Assembly: GCF_009914755.1 (NCBI RefSeq)
Contig: NC_060944.1
Reading direction: 5' to 3' (one strand)
DNA from: the human T2T-CHM13v2.0 reference genome, Homo sapiens
DNA length: 64,000 nucleotides
Every line of letters starts with the position of its first letter. Within the stretch, counting starts at the first letter, position 1. This document shows, one piece after another, positions 11,506-26,546 of this stretch. Position numbers and translations under genes: made by a program. Under the pieces are notes generated by a model. It did not search any database. It saw only the letters and a list, made by a program, of their open reading frames with translations, and was not told where the DNA came from.

Positions 11506-13062
11506 CTATGGTCTTTGAGAAGTGTCTTCATCAGCATGTGACTTGTGTGAGTTTTTGGGTAGAGAAGGCACAGCCTTCACTAGTTTCTACAAGAAGGGTG
11601 TGATCCAGTGTGCGAAGAATCCCTGTGTGCAGGGCTGGGAAATCAGCTTCATCTCTTCCATCCAAGAACAGCATGGCTGGCACGCTTATTGTGTGCGGAG
11701 TCCACGGTAGCGTCCCTAGGTGCTAGGGACAACCGTGAGCAGAGCAGAGTTCTTGGCTGCCTTCACAGACTCGCAGTCTCCTTCGGAAGATGAATGAGAA
11801 ATAAAATAAACATGTAAGACATGAGGTAGGTCACTAGGTGACATGAGCTTTAGATAAAAACAAAGCAGGGCACCTGATTAGGAGGGTGGGCCCTACTTGC
11901 CAGACCCCTACCCTCATCCCCAGTACAGTGTGTATCATTGCCTGGGCAGGAAAGGGCCACACTCCTGGGTCTAGGGAACTAGGTCCCTAAGCAGCCTCAT
12001 GTCCCCACCCACTAGGACCCAGCCTCCAGCCAGTTCTGTTGCATGGGGCAGGGTCCCTGGGAAGATGGGCAGGCCTCAGACTGCTGCAACCTCTGCCCCT
12101 AGCCCTGAGGTGGTGGCAGTAGTGTTTCCCTCTGATAATGACATACTCCAGTCTTGCATGACCACGATGCCTCATGAGCCCACAGTCCAGAAGGGGCCTG
12201 GTGAGCAGGAGCTGAATTAAAATGGAAAATACGGCCTCCCTTCCCCCCTTCCTGTTCCTCCCCACTTACTCCCTTCATTCCTGCTGCTCCTGAAGCCATG
12301 GGTGAATAGTTTCTCAGTCTCTTTGCCTTGCTGAGCTGGGTTAGTTGGGTTAGCAGGATGGACATCTCCTTATGGATACTAGAGTTAGGAGACACCCAGA
12401 ACCAGCAGGTGGGATTTTAGAAAGTGCTGTTTGGCTCTGACCAACCCCTACTCCCACCCCATGCATAGCAGGGTTAGTTTCCTCATCAACTCTGGTCTCT
12501 GATTCTGATGTTCTGCCCCTAAGCATCCTACATTCTAACATTGTATTCTTCTGACTTTTTAGAATTTTCCCATCCTATGCATCTTACACGAATATGGTGA
12601 AGTTCTGATTTCCGCCCTTATGTTCTAGATTGAGTCTTCAGTATTAATTTTGTTGGGGTCTACCCATTCAAATAACAATAGAGAAAGACTATGTGCAGAG
12701 TCACATAATACTAGTCATGATAGTAGCAATTAACATCCTTTTGACCTTGGTTTTATTTAACAGTTTTTTTTTTTGAGAATTTTCTAAGCGCCAGACACCA
12801 TTCTAGACATTATACAAATAAATAGATAAAAATGAATAAATAAATAAATGTTATTTTAGAAGGTGCAATTGAAATTGAGAGTCAAGGCAGGACTCACTAA
12901 GAAAGTGACAATATTTTCTTTCTGCTTTCAGTTATGGAGATTTGAAATCTCAGTTGATAAGGTGGATTTATTTCTCCTTGCAGGTCATTCACTTTTTCCT
13001 TCATGTATTTTGAATCTCTGCTATTGGGGGCATAAATATTTAGAATTGTTATATGCTCATGA

Positions 13063-13369
<307 letters not shown>

Positions 13370-13897
13370 TTGACCTTTTTAATCATTATAAAATGACCTT
13401 ATCTTTCCTGGTAATATTCTTTGCTCTGAAACAAACATTGTCTGATATGAAACTAGCTACTCCTCCAGTGTTATTTTGATTACTGTTACTTTCCATCTTT
13501 GTACTTTTAACTTGTGTGTTTACACTTAAGGTGTGCCGTTTTGAAGGTTGGGTCTTATTTTTTTTTTTTAAAAAAAACAATATTTGGGTCTTATTTTTTT
13601 AAAAAAATCCAATCTAACAATCTCTGCTTTTTAATTGAGGGTATTTAGACCATTTACATTTGATGTGATCATTGACGTGGTTAGATTTAAGTCTATCATC
13701 TTGCTATTTGTTTTATTTTTGTCCCATCTGTTCTTTGCTTCCTTTTTCTTCTTTTTCTGTCTTCTTTTGTATAAGCTGAGTTTTTTTTACTATTTCATTT
13801 TAACTCCTCCTTTTTTATTATATCGTTTTACCTTCTCTGTTGGTTTATTAACTGTAATGTTTTGTTTGTTATCTTAGTAGTTACATTAGGCCTTATA

Positions 13898-14289
<392 letters not shown>

Positions 14290-16029
14290 CTAAGTTATCT
14301 TTTTTTAAATTAAATAATCAGAAAAGATTTTATATATTTAACTCATGTAGTTAACACTTCTGGTGACCTCCATTCCCTTATGTAGATCCAGATTTCCATC
14401 TGGTATCATTTTCCTTCTGCCTGAAGGATTTCCTTTATCACTTCTTGCAGTGCAGATCTGTTGGTGACAAATGCATTCAGCTTTTGTATGTCTGAAATCA
14501 TCTTTATTTCATCTTCATTTTTAAAAGATATTTTAACTGGGTATAGAATTCTAGATCGGCAGGTTTTTTCTTTCATTAGCTTAAAAGATGTTGTTGCTTC
14601 ACTATTTTCTTCCTTAAATTGTGTCCAACAAGAAATCTGCCATTATCCTTATCTTTGTTTCTCTATACTTTACAAGGCTTTTCTTTCTCTGACTGTTTTT
14701 AATATTTATCTGTTTGTCACTGGTTTTGAGCAATTCGTTCATGGTGGGTAATTTCCTTCCTGTTTCTTGTGCTTGAGGTTCGTTAAGCTTCTTGGATCTG
14801 TGAGTTTATAGTTTATATCAGATATGAAATATTCTCAGCCATTAATTTTCTATTTCCTCTCCTTTGGGGACTTCAAAGACACATATATTAGGCTTCTTGA
14901 AGTTGTTCCATAGCTCCTAATACTCTTGGTTTTTTGGATTCTTTCTTTTTCTCTGAGTCGTCGATTTTGGGTAGTTTCTATTGCTACATCTTAAAATTCT
15001 CTAATCTTTTCTTCTGTCACATCAGCATATTTTTCATTTCAGACATGTAGTTATCATTTCTAGAAGTTCAGTTTGGGTCATTTTATATCTTCCAAGTCTC
15101 TCCTTAACCTTTGAACATGCAGACCATGAAATACAATTTGAATACTTATTTTAATGCTCTTATCTCCTACTTCTGTGTCAGTTCTGGGTCAGTTTCAATT
15201 GATTGATTATTATTCTTGTATGGGCCATGTTTTCTTGCTTATTTACGTGCATGGTAAACTTTGGATGCCAGGCATTGTGAACATTACCCTTGTTGGGTGC
15301 TGTACACTTTTATATTTCTATAAATCTCCTTCAGTTTTGCTCTAAGATGCAATTAAGTTACTTGGAAACAGTTTTATCCTTCCTAGCCTTGCTTTTATAA
15401 TTTGTTGAGTGGGTCCAGAGCAGTGCTATCTGTTGAGGGCTAATTATATACCACTGTTGAGAAAAGACCTTCCTGAGCACTCTACCCAGTACCCCAGAAA
15501 TTATGAGGGTTTTTTCTGTTTATTAATATTTCTGGTTTTGTGTGAGTGCTGAGCACTGTTCTCTAATCTTATCAGATGATTTTCACCCCTACTTCAGTGT
15601 AGTTTTATCATACAAAAGCACCAACCAGTACTCAGTCTAATACTCAAGGGGGACTTTCTTCATATCTCTGGAATAGTCTCTCTGTGCAACTCTTTCCTCC
15701 CAATACTGTGTCCTGCAAACTCTGCCCTCTTTGTCCTTCCTGGACTCTCAACTCTATTTCCTTAACTCAGGAAGCCTCCTGGGTGCTGCCTGGGTTCCTC
15801 CTCCCTGCACTAGGTTCTGAAAACTCTCTCCAAGCGGCAAACTGAGGCCATGATAGGGTTCATCTTATTTCCCACTTCTCAGGGATCATGATCCTTTATT
15901 GCCTGTTGCCTAGAGTCTTCAAAATTATAGTTTCATGTATTTTGCCTGGTTTGGTTTGTTTGTTTGATTGTTTCAAGCAGGAGAGTAAATTCAGTTTCTG
16001 ATACTCCATCTTGGGTGGAAGCAGATATG

Positions 16030-16890
16030 AGAAGGTGACATTTGAACACAAACTTGAAGGAGTTGATGGAGTGAACCAAGAGGATATGGGAGTGGGGAGA
16101 GGAAGGAGATTCTAGGCAGTGTGAACAGCAAGTACAATGGTCTCCTGCGTGTATAGCTGAGAGTGCGGGTAGTGTGTTTGAGGAAAGAAGGGAGCAAGTA
16201 TGGCTGGAGCAGAGAGTTATGTGGGGAAAGTGGGGAGAGGGAGGGATGAGGTGTCAGCTTGTGTAGGACCTTGCAGGCCATGGAGAGGATTTTGGCTTTT
16301 ACACCAAATGAAATGGGAGCCATGGGAGGATTTTGAGCAGAGGGAGGACATCTTTTACAGGATCTCTGAATCGATTGGATTAACTGAAAGGGATAAGAGG
16401 GCAAGAGAGAAAGCCAGAGACTTGCTGGGAACCAGTGCACTAAGCCAGGTGAATGCTAGTGACTCAGACACATGAAAGGACACACTACCAAGGGGGTGAA
16501 TAACTAGGAGCGGGGATGAAGGAGGCTTCTGGGGTGCTGTCGGTGTCTTGTATCTTGATCTGAGGGAGGTTACATCATCTGCTCACTGTGTGAAGATTCA
16601 TTGAGCTGGATGTACACGTCTAAATTGTGTTCACAATTGAATTGAATACATGAATATATTACTATATAAATATACTATATACATATAAAACTTAGAAAAC
16701 AAAGTAGGGAGATGAAGGTGGCTTGGACTAGACTGTTATCAGTGGAGGTGGGAAGAACTGTATGCATTCTAGATCTCTTTTATATGTAGATCCAATAAGA
16801 TTTGCAAACAGATCTAATGTTAGATGTGAAGACAGAGAATAGTCCAGGATAATGTCAAGTTCTCTGGCTGAGCTACAGCAAAGACTGAGG
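16030..16890 (-). mobile_element. L2 fragments (with an intervening old L1 3' piece ~16480-16690)
   Basis: 'gaaatgggagccatgggaggattttgagcagagg' L2 core. Confidence 0.6.
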
Positions 16891-17363
16891 ACCTGCTGTG
16901 TACCAGAGCTTGGGCTAAGCTCTATTAACTTCTTTAATCTTCATGACAATTCTAGGAAGTAAGTCTGGCAAGAGCTGCTTCTGAGGTTTTTGTGGGGCTA
17001 CTGGGAGCCTTTCCACCAGAAGTGTAGTTTGTGTGATGGATTCCAGAGGTAGTGGTGGCCACCTTTGCCTCCATGAGGTTACAGGCTGCCTGAGAGTGAG
17101 GCCTACAAGAAAGAAATCAAAGCCATGATAGAGAGAGAGACAGGATCCTCACAGTAACATGTCAGCACCTGGATTCAGCCATAACAGAAGCCAGTGCCCT
17201 GGGCTTCTCAGTTATATAAATTAATAATTACTTTTTTTTTTATTTCTTTCACTTCTAACTGAAGAGTCCAGACTGATACAACTTCTTCATATGTGTCCCC
17301 TGTCTGCACCATCCAACGGACCATCAACAGCAGCTACATCCTCTCCTTACCGTTGCTTGCTTG

Positions 17364-17652
17364 CTTTTTTTGAGACAAGGTCTCTTTCTGTTGATCAGAC
17401 TGGAGTGCAGTGGCATAATCACAGCTCACTGCAGCCTTGACCTCTTGGGCTCAAGCAGTCCTTCTGCCTCAGCCTCCTAAGTAGCTGGGTCTATAGGTGC
17501 TTGCCATCATGCCCAGCTATTTTTTTTTTTTTCATAGAGACAGGGTCTCACTATGCTGTCTAGGCTGGTCTTGAACTCCTGGACTCAAGAAATCTTCCTG
17601 CCTTGGCCTCCCAAAGTAGTGGGATTACAGGCGTGAGCCACCGTGTTTGGCC
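17364..17652 (-). mobile_element. Alu (AluJ-like)
   Basis: Reverse Alu, 'gcagccttgacctcttgggctcaagc'. Confidence 0.9.
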
Positions 17653-18489
17653 GTCCTTACCATTTCTAATGCCTGCTCTGCACTTTCTCTCTCTGGACCT
17701 TTGCTCCTACAGGTCCTCCTTTCCAGAATGCCTTTCCTCCCTTACCTTCTGCCCTCACATCAAAACCAGCCCCCTACTCAAAGCCATCCTAACTCCACCA
17801 GCTGAAGGATGGAGCTGGCAGAGTGCTTAGATATCAATCCATTTTACAGATGGGAATACCAAGGTCACTGTGAGACAGGGCAGATTTGTGGTCAGGACTC
17901 CCGCGTTCTGACTCTCTGAGACTCTTTCCATGATCCTCCAGGACAGCCTTTTCTGTGCCCTCCCTTGCGTGGGGTTGAACAGTACTTTTCACAACAATTT
18001 ACACTCTCCCATACCCCAACCCTTGCACGTGCTGTTTCCTCAGTCTGGGATGCCCTATTCCATTCTGTCCTTCCGGAAAGGGTGCCACTTGAACTTGGAG
18101 ATTCAACTCAAGGATCAGACTTCCAGAAGCCTTCTCTTTTTCCCAGGGTGGCTCTGTGTCCTGCCTGGTACTCCCACAGCTGCCTCTGGTACCTCCATGA
18201 ACCCATTTATCCATTTGTTTTTTAGGTGTCTGTTTCTTGTTTGCCTCACCTGTTAGGTAGGGGAACTGAGGCAGACCTCCTGGCCAAAGAAGGCTCCCAA
18301 CTGATGTTTGTGAATCAACATAGAGTGAGAAAGAGCCCCGTGGAGTGGGGCGGGGGGTGGAGAGCCAGCGCTGGGCGTGGAGGCAGGACGCCTGGGCTCC
18401 AGTCCAGCCACCACCACTCTAGTGTGTGGCCTCATGCAAGTCATGTCCTCTCCTTGAGCCTCAGGCTTTTTTGGCAGTAAAAAGGGCAG

Positions 18490-18690
18490 AACATCATAGT
18501 AGTTAATACCTCAGGCAGCCTGGATTTGAATCTTGGCTGTGTGACTTTAGGCAGTTTACTCCAGCTCTCTGTGCCTGTTTCCTCATTTGCAAAATGGGGG
18601 CAATAAACATATCTGCATCATAGGGTATTTGTGAGCATTAAATGAGTTAATGTTTACAAAGCTTTCAAACCATGCTTGCTTGGCACATCA
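18490..18690 (+). mobile_element. MIR
   Basis: 'gctgtgtgactttaggcag...ctctctgtgcctgtttcctcatttgcaaaatgggg'. Confidence 0.8.
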
Positions 18691-19036
18691 TATAAGCATC
18701 CCAGAGTGAGAACCATTAAACAAAAGAAACCCTTCCCTTCCTGAGAGGAGAGGAGAGCTTGACAAACTCTAAAGTGGCGTGTGAGTGAACTATGGTCACT
18801 CTCAGGGGGTAAGCTGCCTGGAAAAGGCTGACTCTGACACTGACTAGTGTGTGTCTTTGGAGAAATCATGTCACCTCTCTGGGACTCAGCTTCCCCATCT
18901 ATCAAATGGAGGAGTTGGTCTAGCGCAGTTGGAGTTAAAGTGCTTTGTCTCTTTGAGTTTTATGTCCATGTCAGTAGAGTGGGCTGAGAGCTGCATGTCT
19001 GTCATGCGCTCCTGGTGAGAATGAAATACGATGATG

Positions 19037-19365
19037 GGCCGGACGCGGTGGCTCATGCCTGTAATCCCAGCACTTTGGGAGGCTGAGGCGGGTGGATCAC
19101 TTGAGGTCAGGAGTTCGTGACCAGCCTGGCCAACATGGTGAAACCCTGTCTCTACTAAAAATACAAAAATTAGCCGGGTGTGGTGGCGGGCGCCTGTAAT
19201 CCCAGCTACTTGGGAGGCTGAGGCAGGAGAATCGCTTGAACCCGGGAGGTGGAGGTTGCAGTGGAACCAGGATTGAGCCACTGCACTCCAGCCTGGGCAA
19301 AAAAGTGAGACTCTGTCTCAAAACAAATAAATAAAATAAAAAATATAATAATAAATAAATAAATA
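19037..19365 (+). mobile_element. Alu (Sx/Sz-like)
   Basis: Full Alu; TSD AAATAC(G/A)ATGATG. Confidence 0.93.
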
Positions 19366-19943
19366 CAATGATGTCTGGAGCACTTGCCAGTCATGCCTGC
19401 CACATAGCAAGTAATCTGTCATAACTGTCACTGTTATTCTGGCCCTGACATTCCAGGGTTCCTTGAGGTGGGGCAGGATGAGGGATGGGCTGGGCATCAT
19501 GAAGGAAGGTGCTGATGTATCACCTACTGACAGTTTAGAAAAGGGAAGGCAGCCATGTGACCCACAGGCAGTGTCCCCCTGCCTGAGCCTTATTTGCAGG
19601 GCTGTGGCATCGGTGAGCAGGACAGGGACCACCACGCCCACTAGAGAAAGAAGCACGTGCTGCTTTTGTGAGTTCACAAAGGTCTTGGTTTTCCAGGGCC
19701 AACAGTGTCCCCGCCACACGTGACCACCTCAGAACCATCACCTGCCACCTGCCAGGGCCTGGGAGTTGGAATCTGAGGTGGAAGGAGAGAGCAGGGGCCA
19801 ACTCCTGGCTGCTCCCCTCTCTTGCTATGTGACCCTGGGCAAGCCTCTGCACCTCTGTCCCCTTTGTCCTCTCTTGTCACATAATGAGGTTTTGAGTGTC
19901 TTAGATAGGGAGGATGTCTCCCTATCTAAGGATAGGATAGGAT

Positions 19944-20109
19944 AGAAATGGCCAGGCCCTGGTGCCTCTGCTAGCTCAGTCTGGCTGGGACGACCTGGGA
20001 AGAACATGGCCTCAGTTCCAAAGCCAAGGCGGCTCCTGGGGGAGCTGCAGCTGGAGGCTGTCAGCTTGCTGCCCTCCTTGCTGCTGAAGGACAAGCTTTT
20101 TCTTGAAGA
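19944..20109 (+). repeat. 166 bp dispersed direct duplicate of 21109-21274, flanked by perfect hairpins
   Basis: Manual alignment gives 2 mismatches in 166 bp; hairpins at 19900-19930 and 20113-20138. Confidence 0.95.
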
Positions 20110-20727
20110 TAGGATGGATAGGATGTCTCCTATCCATCAGGAGATGCGATTATTGGCCTAGACTGGGCAGGGTCTCCACCTGGGCGACGGGTTGGGAGGC
20201 GGAAGTGAAGCTGGTGGCATGAACCATTCTCAGTGACCTTTCACCAGGGTGAGTGGGAAGTAGTTGGGAGCATCGAGGCCTCACTCTCCATCCTGAAGAT
20301 GGAGCACAGACTGGCTGGCTGAGGCCGGGAGCTCATCACGGGATGGAGACAGATTGGCAGACAAAGAGGAGGCGGGCGGTTGGGGCTGGGTGCCCCTGGG
20401 GAGGAAGGCGGGGAGAGAGCGTAGGAGCAGGAGGAAAGAAGGCTGGGCTTATGTGCAGCCTCACAGACTGGGCCTGCAGAGTCTCCAGCTGGAGGTTGGG
20501 ACTGGACCTTCCTCCTGAATGGGCAGGGAGGGAGGCTTGTTGGCCTAGCCCTCGGGGTTCTTGAAATAAATGAGGGAGGGCCTTGGGGGGTGGTAAATTG
20601 CTGAGGCTGTGATAAACATTCTCCCCTTCCCACAAAACACACACAGGCACGTGTGCGTGCATACACATACACACACACACCCTGGCCACACTGCTGTGCA
20701 TATCTTACTGATTGTTGTCCTCTGTGA

Positions 20728-20892
20728 CAGCAGTTCTCCAAGTTGAGTGCATTGGAAGGATCAGTTAAAATGCAGATTTCCAGGCATTTCCATCTCTAAA
20801 TGTAGGGTGTGGCCTGAGAATGTGTATGTCTTACAGGATCCTGGTTGATGCTGATGCTGGGGGTTCTGGGACACACTTTGAGAACCACTGCT
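20728..20892 (+). mobile_element. MER5A-like hAT DNA transposon relic
   Basis: 'gttaaaatgcagatt...gatgctgatgctg...cacactttgagaaccactg'. Confidence 0.75.
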
Positions 20893-20904
20893 CCATTGAG
20901 CAGC

Positions 20905-21295
20905 CTTTCAGTTTGGGTGCCCCTCGGTGCTGGTGCTGGGAGAGAGTTAGGAGGGCAAGGGGGTTAGTGAGGGCTGCTACCTGTGAAACACAAAGCAGGA
21001 GGGAATGGAATTGGCCAGGAGAGCCTCAGACCACAGCCCGGGCCTGCAGAGTCACCCTCTAGGGGTCTCTGGAGTAAAGATTATCCACAGAGAAGCCCCA
21101 CATGGGGCAGAAATGGCCAGGCCCTGGTGCCTCTGCTAGCTCAGTCTGGCTGGGACGACCTGGGAAGAACATGGCCTCAGTTCCAAAGCCAAGGCGGCTC
21201 CTGGAGGAGCTGCAGCTGGAGGCTGTCACCTTGCTGCCCTCCTTGCTGCTGAAGGACAAGCTTTTTCTTGAAGAGAGACTGTGTCCCATCCACAA
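20905..21295. mobile_element. Probable old ERVL-type LTR (LTR33-like); contains the donor of the 166 bp duplication
   Basis: Resemblance by eye ('acctgtgaaa', 'ggagagcctcagac', 'gcagaaatggccaggccc'); family uncertain. Confidence 0.4.
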
Positions 21296-22289
21296 CTGCC
21301 CCAGGCATCTACCACATGCCAGGCTCTGTGCAGAGTGTTTACCTGGATGAATGCAGTTTCAGATCAGAGCAACCTGGCCAAGCAAATATAATCGTCCCCA
21401 TCTAATAGATGGGGAAAATGAGGGATTAAGTCATCTGCCCAGTGGTGGAGTCAAGATTTATCCCCTCTTGTGCCTTAGCACTCATCCCTGTCAGCTTCCC
21501 TGGGTGGTGAAGAACATTAGCTCCTTTTACACCTGAGGAATCTGAGGTGTGGAGAGGTCAGTGACTTGCGGTAGAGGTGGGTAGAGGATCCGGGATTCCA
21601 ACCCTGCTCATGCCCCTCTTTTTAAATTTCAAGATGCTGTCCCTTGAGTACTTCTAGGGGGATGTAATGGCAGAAACTTGGGGCTGGAAGAAGCCTCCCT
21701 GGCATTTGACAGGTGGGTACACTGAGGCCCAGGGAGGCAATCAGCCGTGCCTCAGTGCCTCTCTCTGCCCTGAAGGGGCTCCCTGTTGTGTGTGGGGTAT
21801 AACCCCCCCGTAATTCATGCATTCAGCACACACTGGTGGGCACCCATTGTGGGTCAGTCCCCCAAGCCAGAGTACTGTTGGTGAGTGGGAAGGCAGACGT
21901 GGGTGCAGAGGGTCTGTGCAGTGATTGGGGATGCACTGGGGATTGGAGGGGGCAGTTGACATGTGTGGGGTGCATGCAGGGAGGCTTCCTGGAGGAGATA
22001 GTCTGAGAGAGGAGGAGGTGAGAAGGGTACTCAAGGATGAGAAAAGAACAGAAACAAAGGCTTGGAGGTGGGGGAAGTGATATTGCCTTTAGGAAATTGA
22101 TAGAAAATCTGTAGCTGAGATAGTGTGGGGAAGGTATGGCCAGAAATGAGGTGGAAAGTGGAAGCTTGGCCTGGGGAAGTGGTGGAAAGCTCTGGACTTG
22201 AACCATGACCCTGGTTCTGTTCAAGGCAGGGCTACTCTCTGCAGGGCTCTGAATTCTCCAGATTTCCCTCTTACCTTTCCGAACTTCCT

Positions 22290-22725
22290 GCGGTGGCCAA
22301 CCCCTAAAATAGCCCCCAGTAATCTTTGAGTCCTAATAACCAGTAGGATTTTGTGGAAATGACAGAGTGTGACTTCCAAGGCTGGATCATAGAGTGTGTT
22401 GCAGCTTCTGCCTTGGTCTCTGGGTTTGATCCCCCCGGAGAAGCCAGCTGCCGGGCTGTGAAGTCACTCAAGCAGCCTGCAGAAAGGCCACATGGAGAGA
22501 AACTGAGGTCCTGCCTGCAGCCAGCATGGACTTGCTAGTCATATGACTGAGCCACCTTGGAAGTGGATCCTCCAGCCCCAGGCAAGCCTTCAGATGACAG
22601 CAGCCCAGAATCACCTAGCCAGGCCTGTTCTATATTCCTGACCCAGAGAAACTGAGACACACTAAATGATCATTGTGTTGTACGTCACTAAGTTTTGGGG
22701 TCATTTGCCGTGCAGCATCAGATAA
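22290..22725 (+). mobile_element. MaLR LTR (MLT1F-like)
   Basis: 'gagccaccttggaagtggatcctccagcccca...gccttcagatgac', 'ttcctgacccagagaaactgaga'. Confidence 0.75.
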
Positions 22726-23673
22726 TGAGGGCTTCTCTGTGCCCTTTCTTGGCTTCTTCTGTTGCTTCAGCTGCCATCTGATGAAAGTCTGATGAAAACC
22801 AAAGGCCCTCCTCCAGAAAAGTTCAGGTACACCCAGAAAGAAATGGGGGTGCAATTTCAAAGGGATCACAGGCCATCTAAAACTAAACCTCAGACCTTCA
22901 GATCCCGGCCCCCAGTGGACATGGAACCTGAGTGAGGAATGAACAGTGTCTCAGTTGCTGAGCTGTGGGACATGGTGGCTGCTGCGGGGTCTTCAGCTTG
23001 GTCATGGCAGGGTGCCCATGGCCTACATTCCTTTCTCCTCCTCTTCTCTGTGTCCTTGGCAGGCTGCCCCTGCAGAGGAGGACCGTGGGTGCCCAGACTG
23101 AGTAGGTAAGTTTAGCTCTAAGAGAACAGGTTGAGAGAGCCCATCGGTTGTGTACAGGCAACTTCTCAGCCAAGCTCTGCCAGTTGCTGGTGTTCATACT
23201 TGGCTGATGTCTCCACTTCAATACAGAGCCTGCAGGGGATGCAGGCTGTGAATGCAGTCCCTGGAACCAGACTGTGGGCTCAGCCATGAGACCTGGGGGA
23301 TGTACTTCACCTTCCTGACTTGGGCTTTTCAACTTGGAATTGGAGGCCAGAAGTCCACCCTGAAGCGTGGCTGTGGGGTGGAAACAGGCCCTCCAGCAGG
23401 GCAACAGCAGGGGCTCCTTGCCTGGCAGCCCCTCCGGTTCTTCAGCCCTTAGCCTCCCCTCTCTGGCTGTGGTCAGTGGCTGGCTCACCAGCCCCTCTTA
23501 TGGCAGTCACTGCTCCAGAGTGCCAGGATTTCCCAGTATGGTGGCCAGGGCTGTCCGGAGCCCAGCACGCAGCTCAGGAAGCAGCTCAATGCAGGTGGGA
23601 CGTCAGTGGGAGCAGAGGGCAGCCTCCCTCCCCAGACCCCTGAGGATGAGTCTGTCTCCCTCCTTGGTGCTGA

Positions 23674-23880
23674 CTTCTCTCTCCTTCTTACATCTCCACT
23701 TCTTTCTTCTTCCTTTATCTTCTCTACCTCCTTCTCTCTTCTACCTTTTCCCTTCTTTTCCGCTTTTTCCTTTTTTCATCTTCATTCTTCTCTTTTCTTT
23801 CGTCTTTCTCTTCCCCTTTCCTCCTCTCTTTGTCTAGTCCTTCTTCCCCCTCACCTCTCCTTTTCCTCCTCTTCCGTTTC
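23674..23880 (+). repeat. Polypyrimidine (CT-rich) low-complexity tract
   Basis: About 205 bp almost free of purines. Confidence 0.9.
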
Positions 23881-24934
23881 ATAATGATTAAGAGTATGGC
23901 TTCTGATGTCAGCCTCCCTGGGTTCGAATCCCTGCTGTGCCACACACTGGCTGCGTGGCGTTGGGCAAGCCACTTAATTTCTCTGTGCTTTGGCTTCCTG
24001 AGCTGTACAGTGGGATGCTAACAGTGTCTCTCTTGAAGGGTGCCATGGGTGCCAGGTGAGCGTTAGCTGCTTATCATTCGTGTTCCTTCCTCCCCTCCTC
24101 TTCTTCTCCTCCTGGTCTTAGAAGTCTGTCTCCCTCCCTCTCTCCAAGCCCTGTGACTCGCCTCTTACGTCTCTCTGCCCAGCATCTTGGGCCTGTCTCT
24201 GGCCCCTGCCCTGCTGCTTCATCCTCTCACTGCACGCACAGGAAGGAGAGCCCAGGCCTGGGGCCAGGTTGCCCCATGAACAGTTGCTGAGCCAGGTGGC
24301 TGGAGCTCTTCCCTGGGGCCCCGCCCACGATGAGTTCAGGAGCTGCCTTTGTGCACCCGTGACAGCCTCTCCTGGCGCCTCATTTGGCAGAGCTGTGCAT
24401 CTGGCCCAGTTACTGTGGTAGCCTTGGAAGGCAGAGTGCTCTGGGGCTTCCTTGTCATCTACCTGCGTGACCCTGCATGAAGGGTATGCCCAGCCCTCAG
24501 CTGGACTGCCAGCCCCACAGGCACCCTTGGTGCCCACCACACAGCAGGAGCTCATCCACAGATGGGCACAAATAGTGATACCAGACAGTGCCTCTGAGTC
24601 CTTGCTGTGCTAGGCACTGTTCTAAGTGCAAATTCCGTTCATCTTCACAGCAACCCTTGCAGTGGGGGCTGTTAACCCCATTTTAGAGATGAGCAAACTG
24701 AAACACAGAAAAGCATAGGAAATTGCCCAAAGTTGAATGAATGAATGAATGAATACAATGACAACTTAGGAAGGAAGGCATTTTACTGAAGAGTGACAGG
24801 CCCACGGTCACACAGATAGTAAGTGGAAAAAAATCAGGGCTGGAACTCATGACTCCAACATCACCTCCCACCTGTCCATAAGCCCAGTGACAGCAAGGCT
24901 GGCACTCCCTCACACTTGGGGTTGAGGCCAGTAA

Positions 24935-25316
<382 letters not shown>

Positions 25317-25758
25317 TCAACTGAAGTTCTTTGAGAGTACTGTTCCCATTTTCCAGATGAGGAGCCTGAGGCCCAGCGAAGGCGAGCAACATGGCCAAGG
25401 TCACACAGCCAGTAGGTGTGATTCCAAAGTCCCACTTTCTGTCTTCCATCAGGTAGTACTATCTGCCTTCCACTATGGAGGGAATGTCCCATTGGGAGAC
25501 GCCTAGGATGGGGGCTAAAGAAAGACAGGCAGGCCCGACACCAGCCTCTCTCTCTTCTGTCTGCTGTCAACACTATATCTTGGTGCCATTCTGCCCACTA
25601 TTTGTAGAGAGGCCTGGGTACCAGCCTCTTCACTTTGTCCTGGAGGCCAGGCCAGGCAAGGATCACTGTACCCACTTTTCTTTCCTTCCTTCCTTCCCTC
25701 CCTCCCTCTCTTTCTGCCTTTTTATTAAGGTATAAACCACACAAAATAAAGTACATAG

Positions 25759-25810
25759 AGCCAGGTGTGGTGGCTCACGCCTGTAATCCCAGCACTTTGG
25801 GAGGCCGAGG
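25759..25810 (+). mobile_element. Alu 5' stub (~50 bp)
   Basis: 'gccaggtgtggtggctcacgcctgtaatcccagcactttgggaggccgagg' followed by unrelated sequence. Confidence 0.85.
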
Positions 25811-26090
25811 GACCCCCCAGCCAAAGCCTGGAGCTCAGAACACAAATGCTCCCCTTGTTGAGAGTGGGGAAAAAAATCTCTTTTCAGGTGCCAGCCTTAA
25901 AAAGAAAGAACAAAAAAGGTAACTCACAGATGACCGTGATATGTGACGTGCATCTGAGCCCTTCACACAACCACAGAACTAACTGTCTGCAGCTGCCACA
26001 ACAGCTGACCCCTCTGCCAGGCAGAGTTTGCTATCAACCAGTAACAGCTCCCAGAGGTTTTGTTATCCCTCTGTAGAAATGGAGGCTTGA

Positions 26091-26546
<456 letters not shown>

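Noticed and set aside
22898-23488. 196-aa minus-strand ORF
   Set aside because: No family resemblance or codon signal, and no exon structure I can support.
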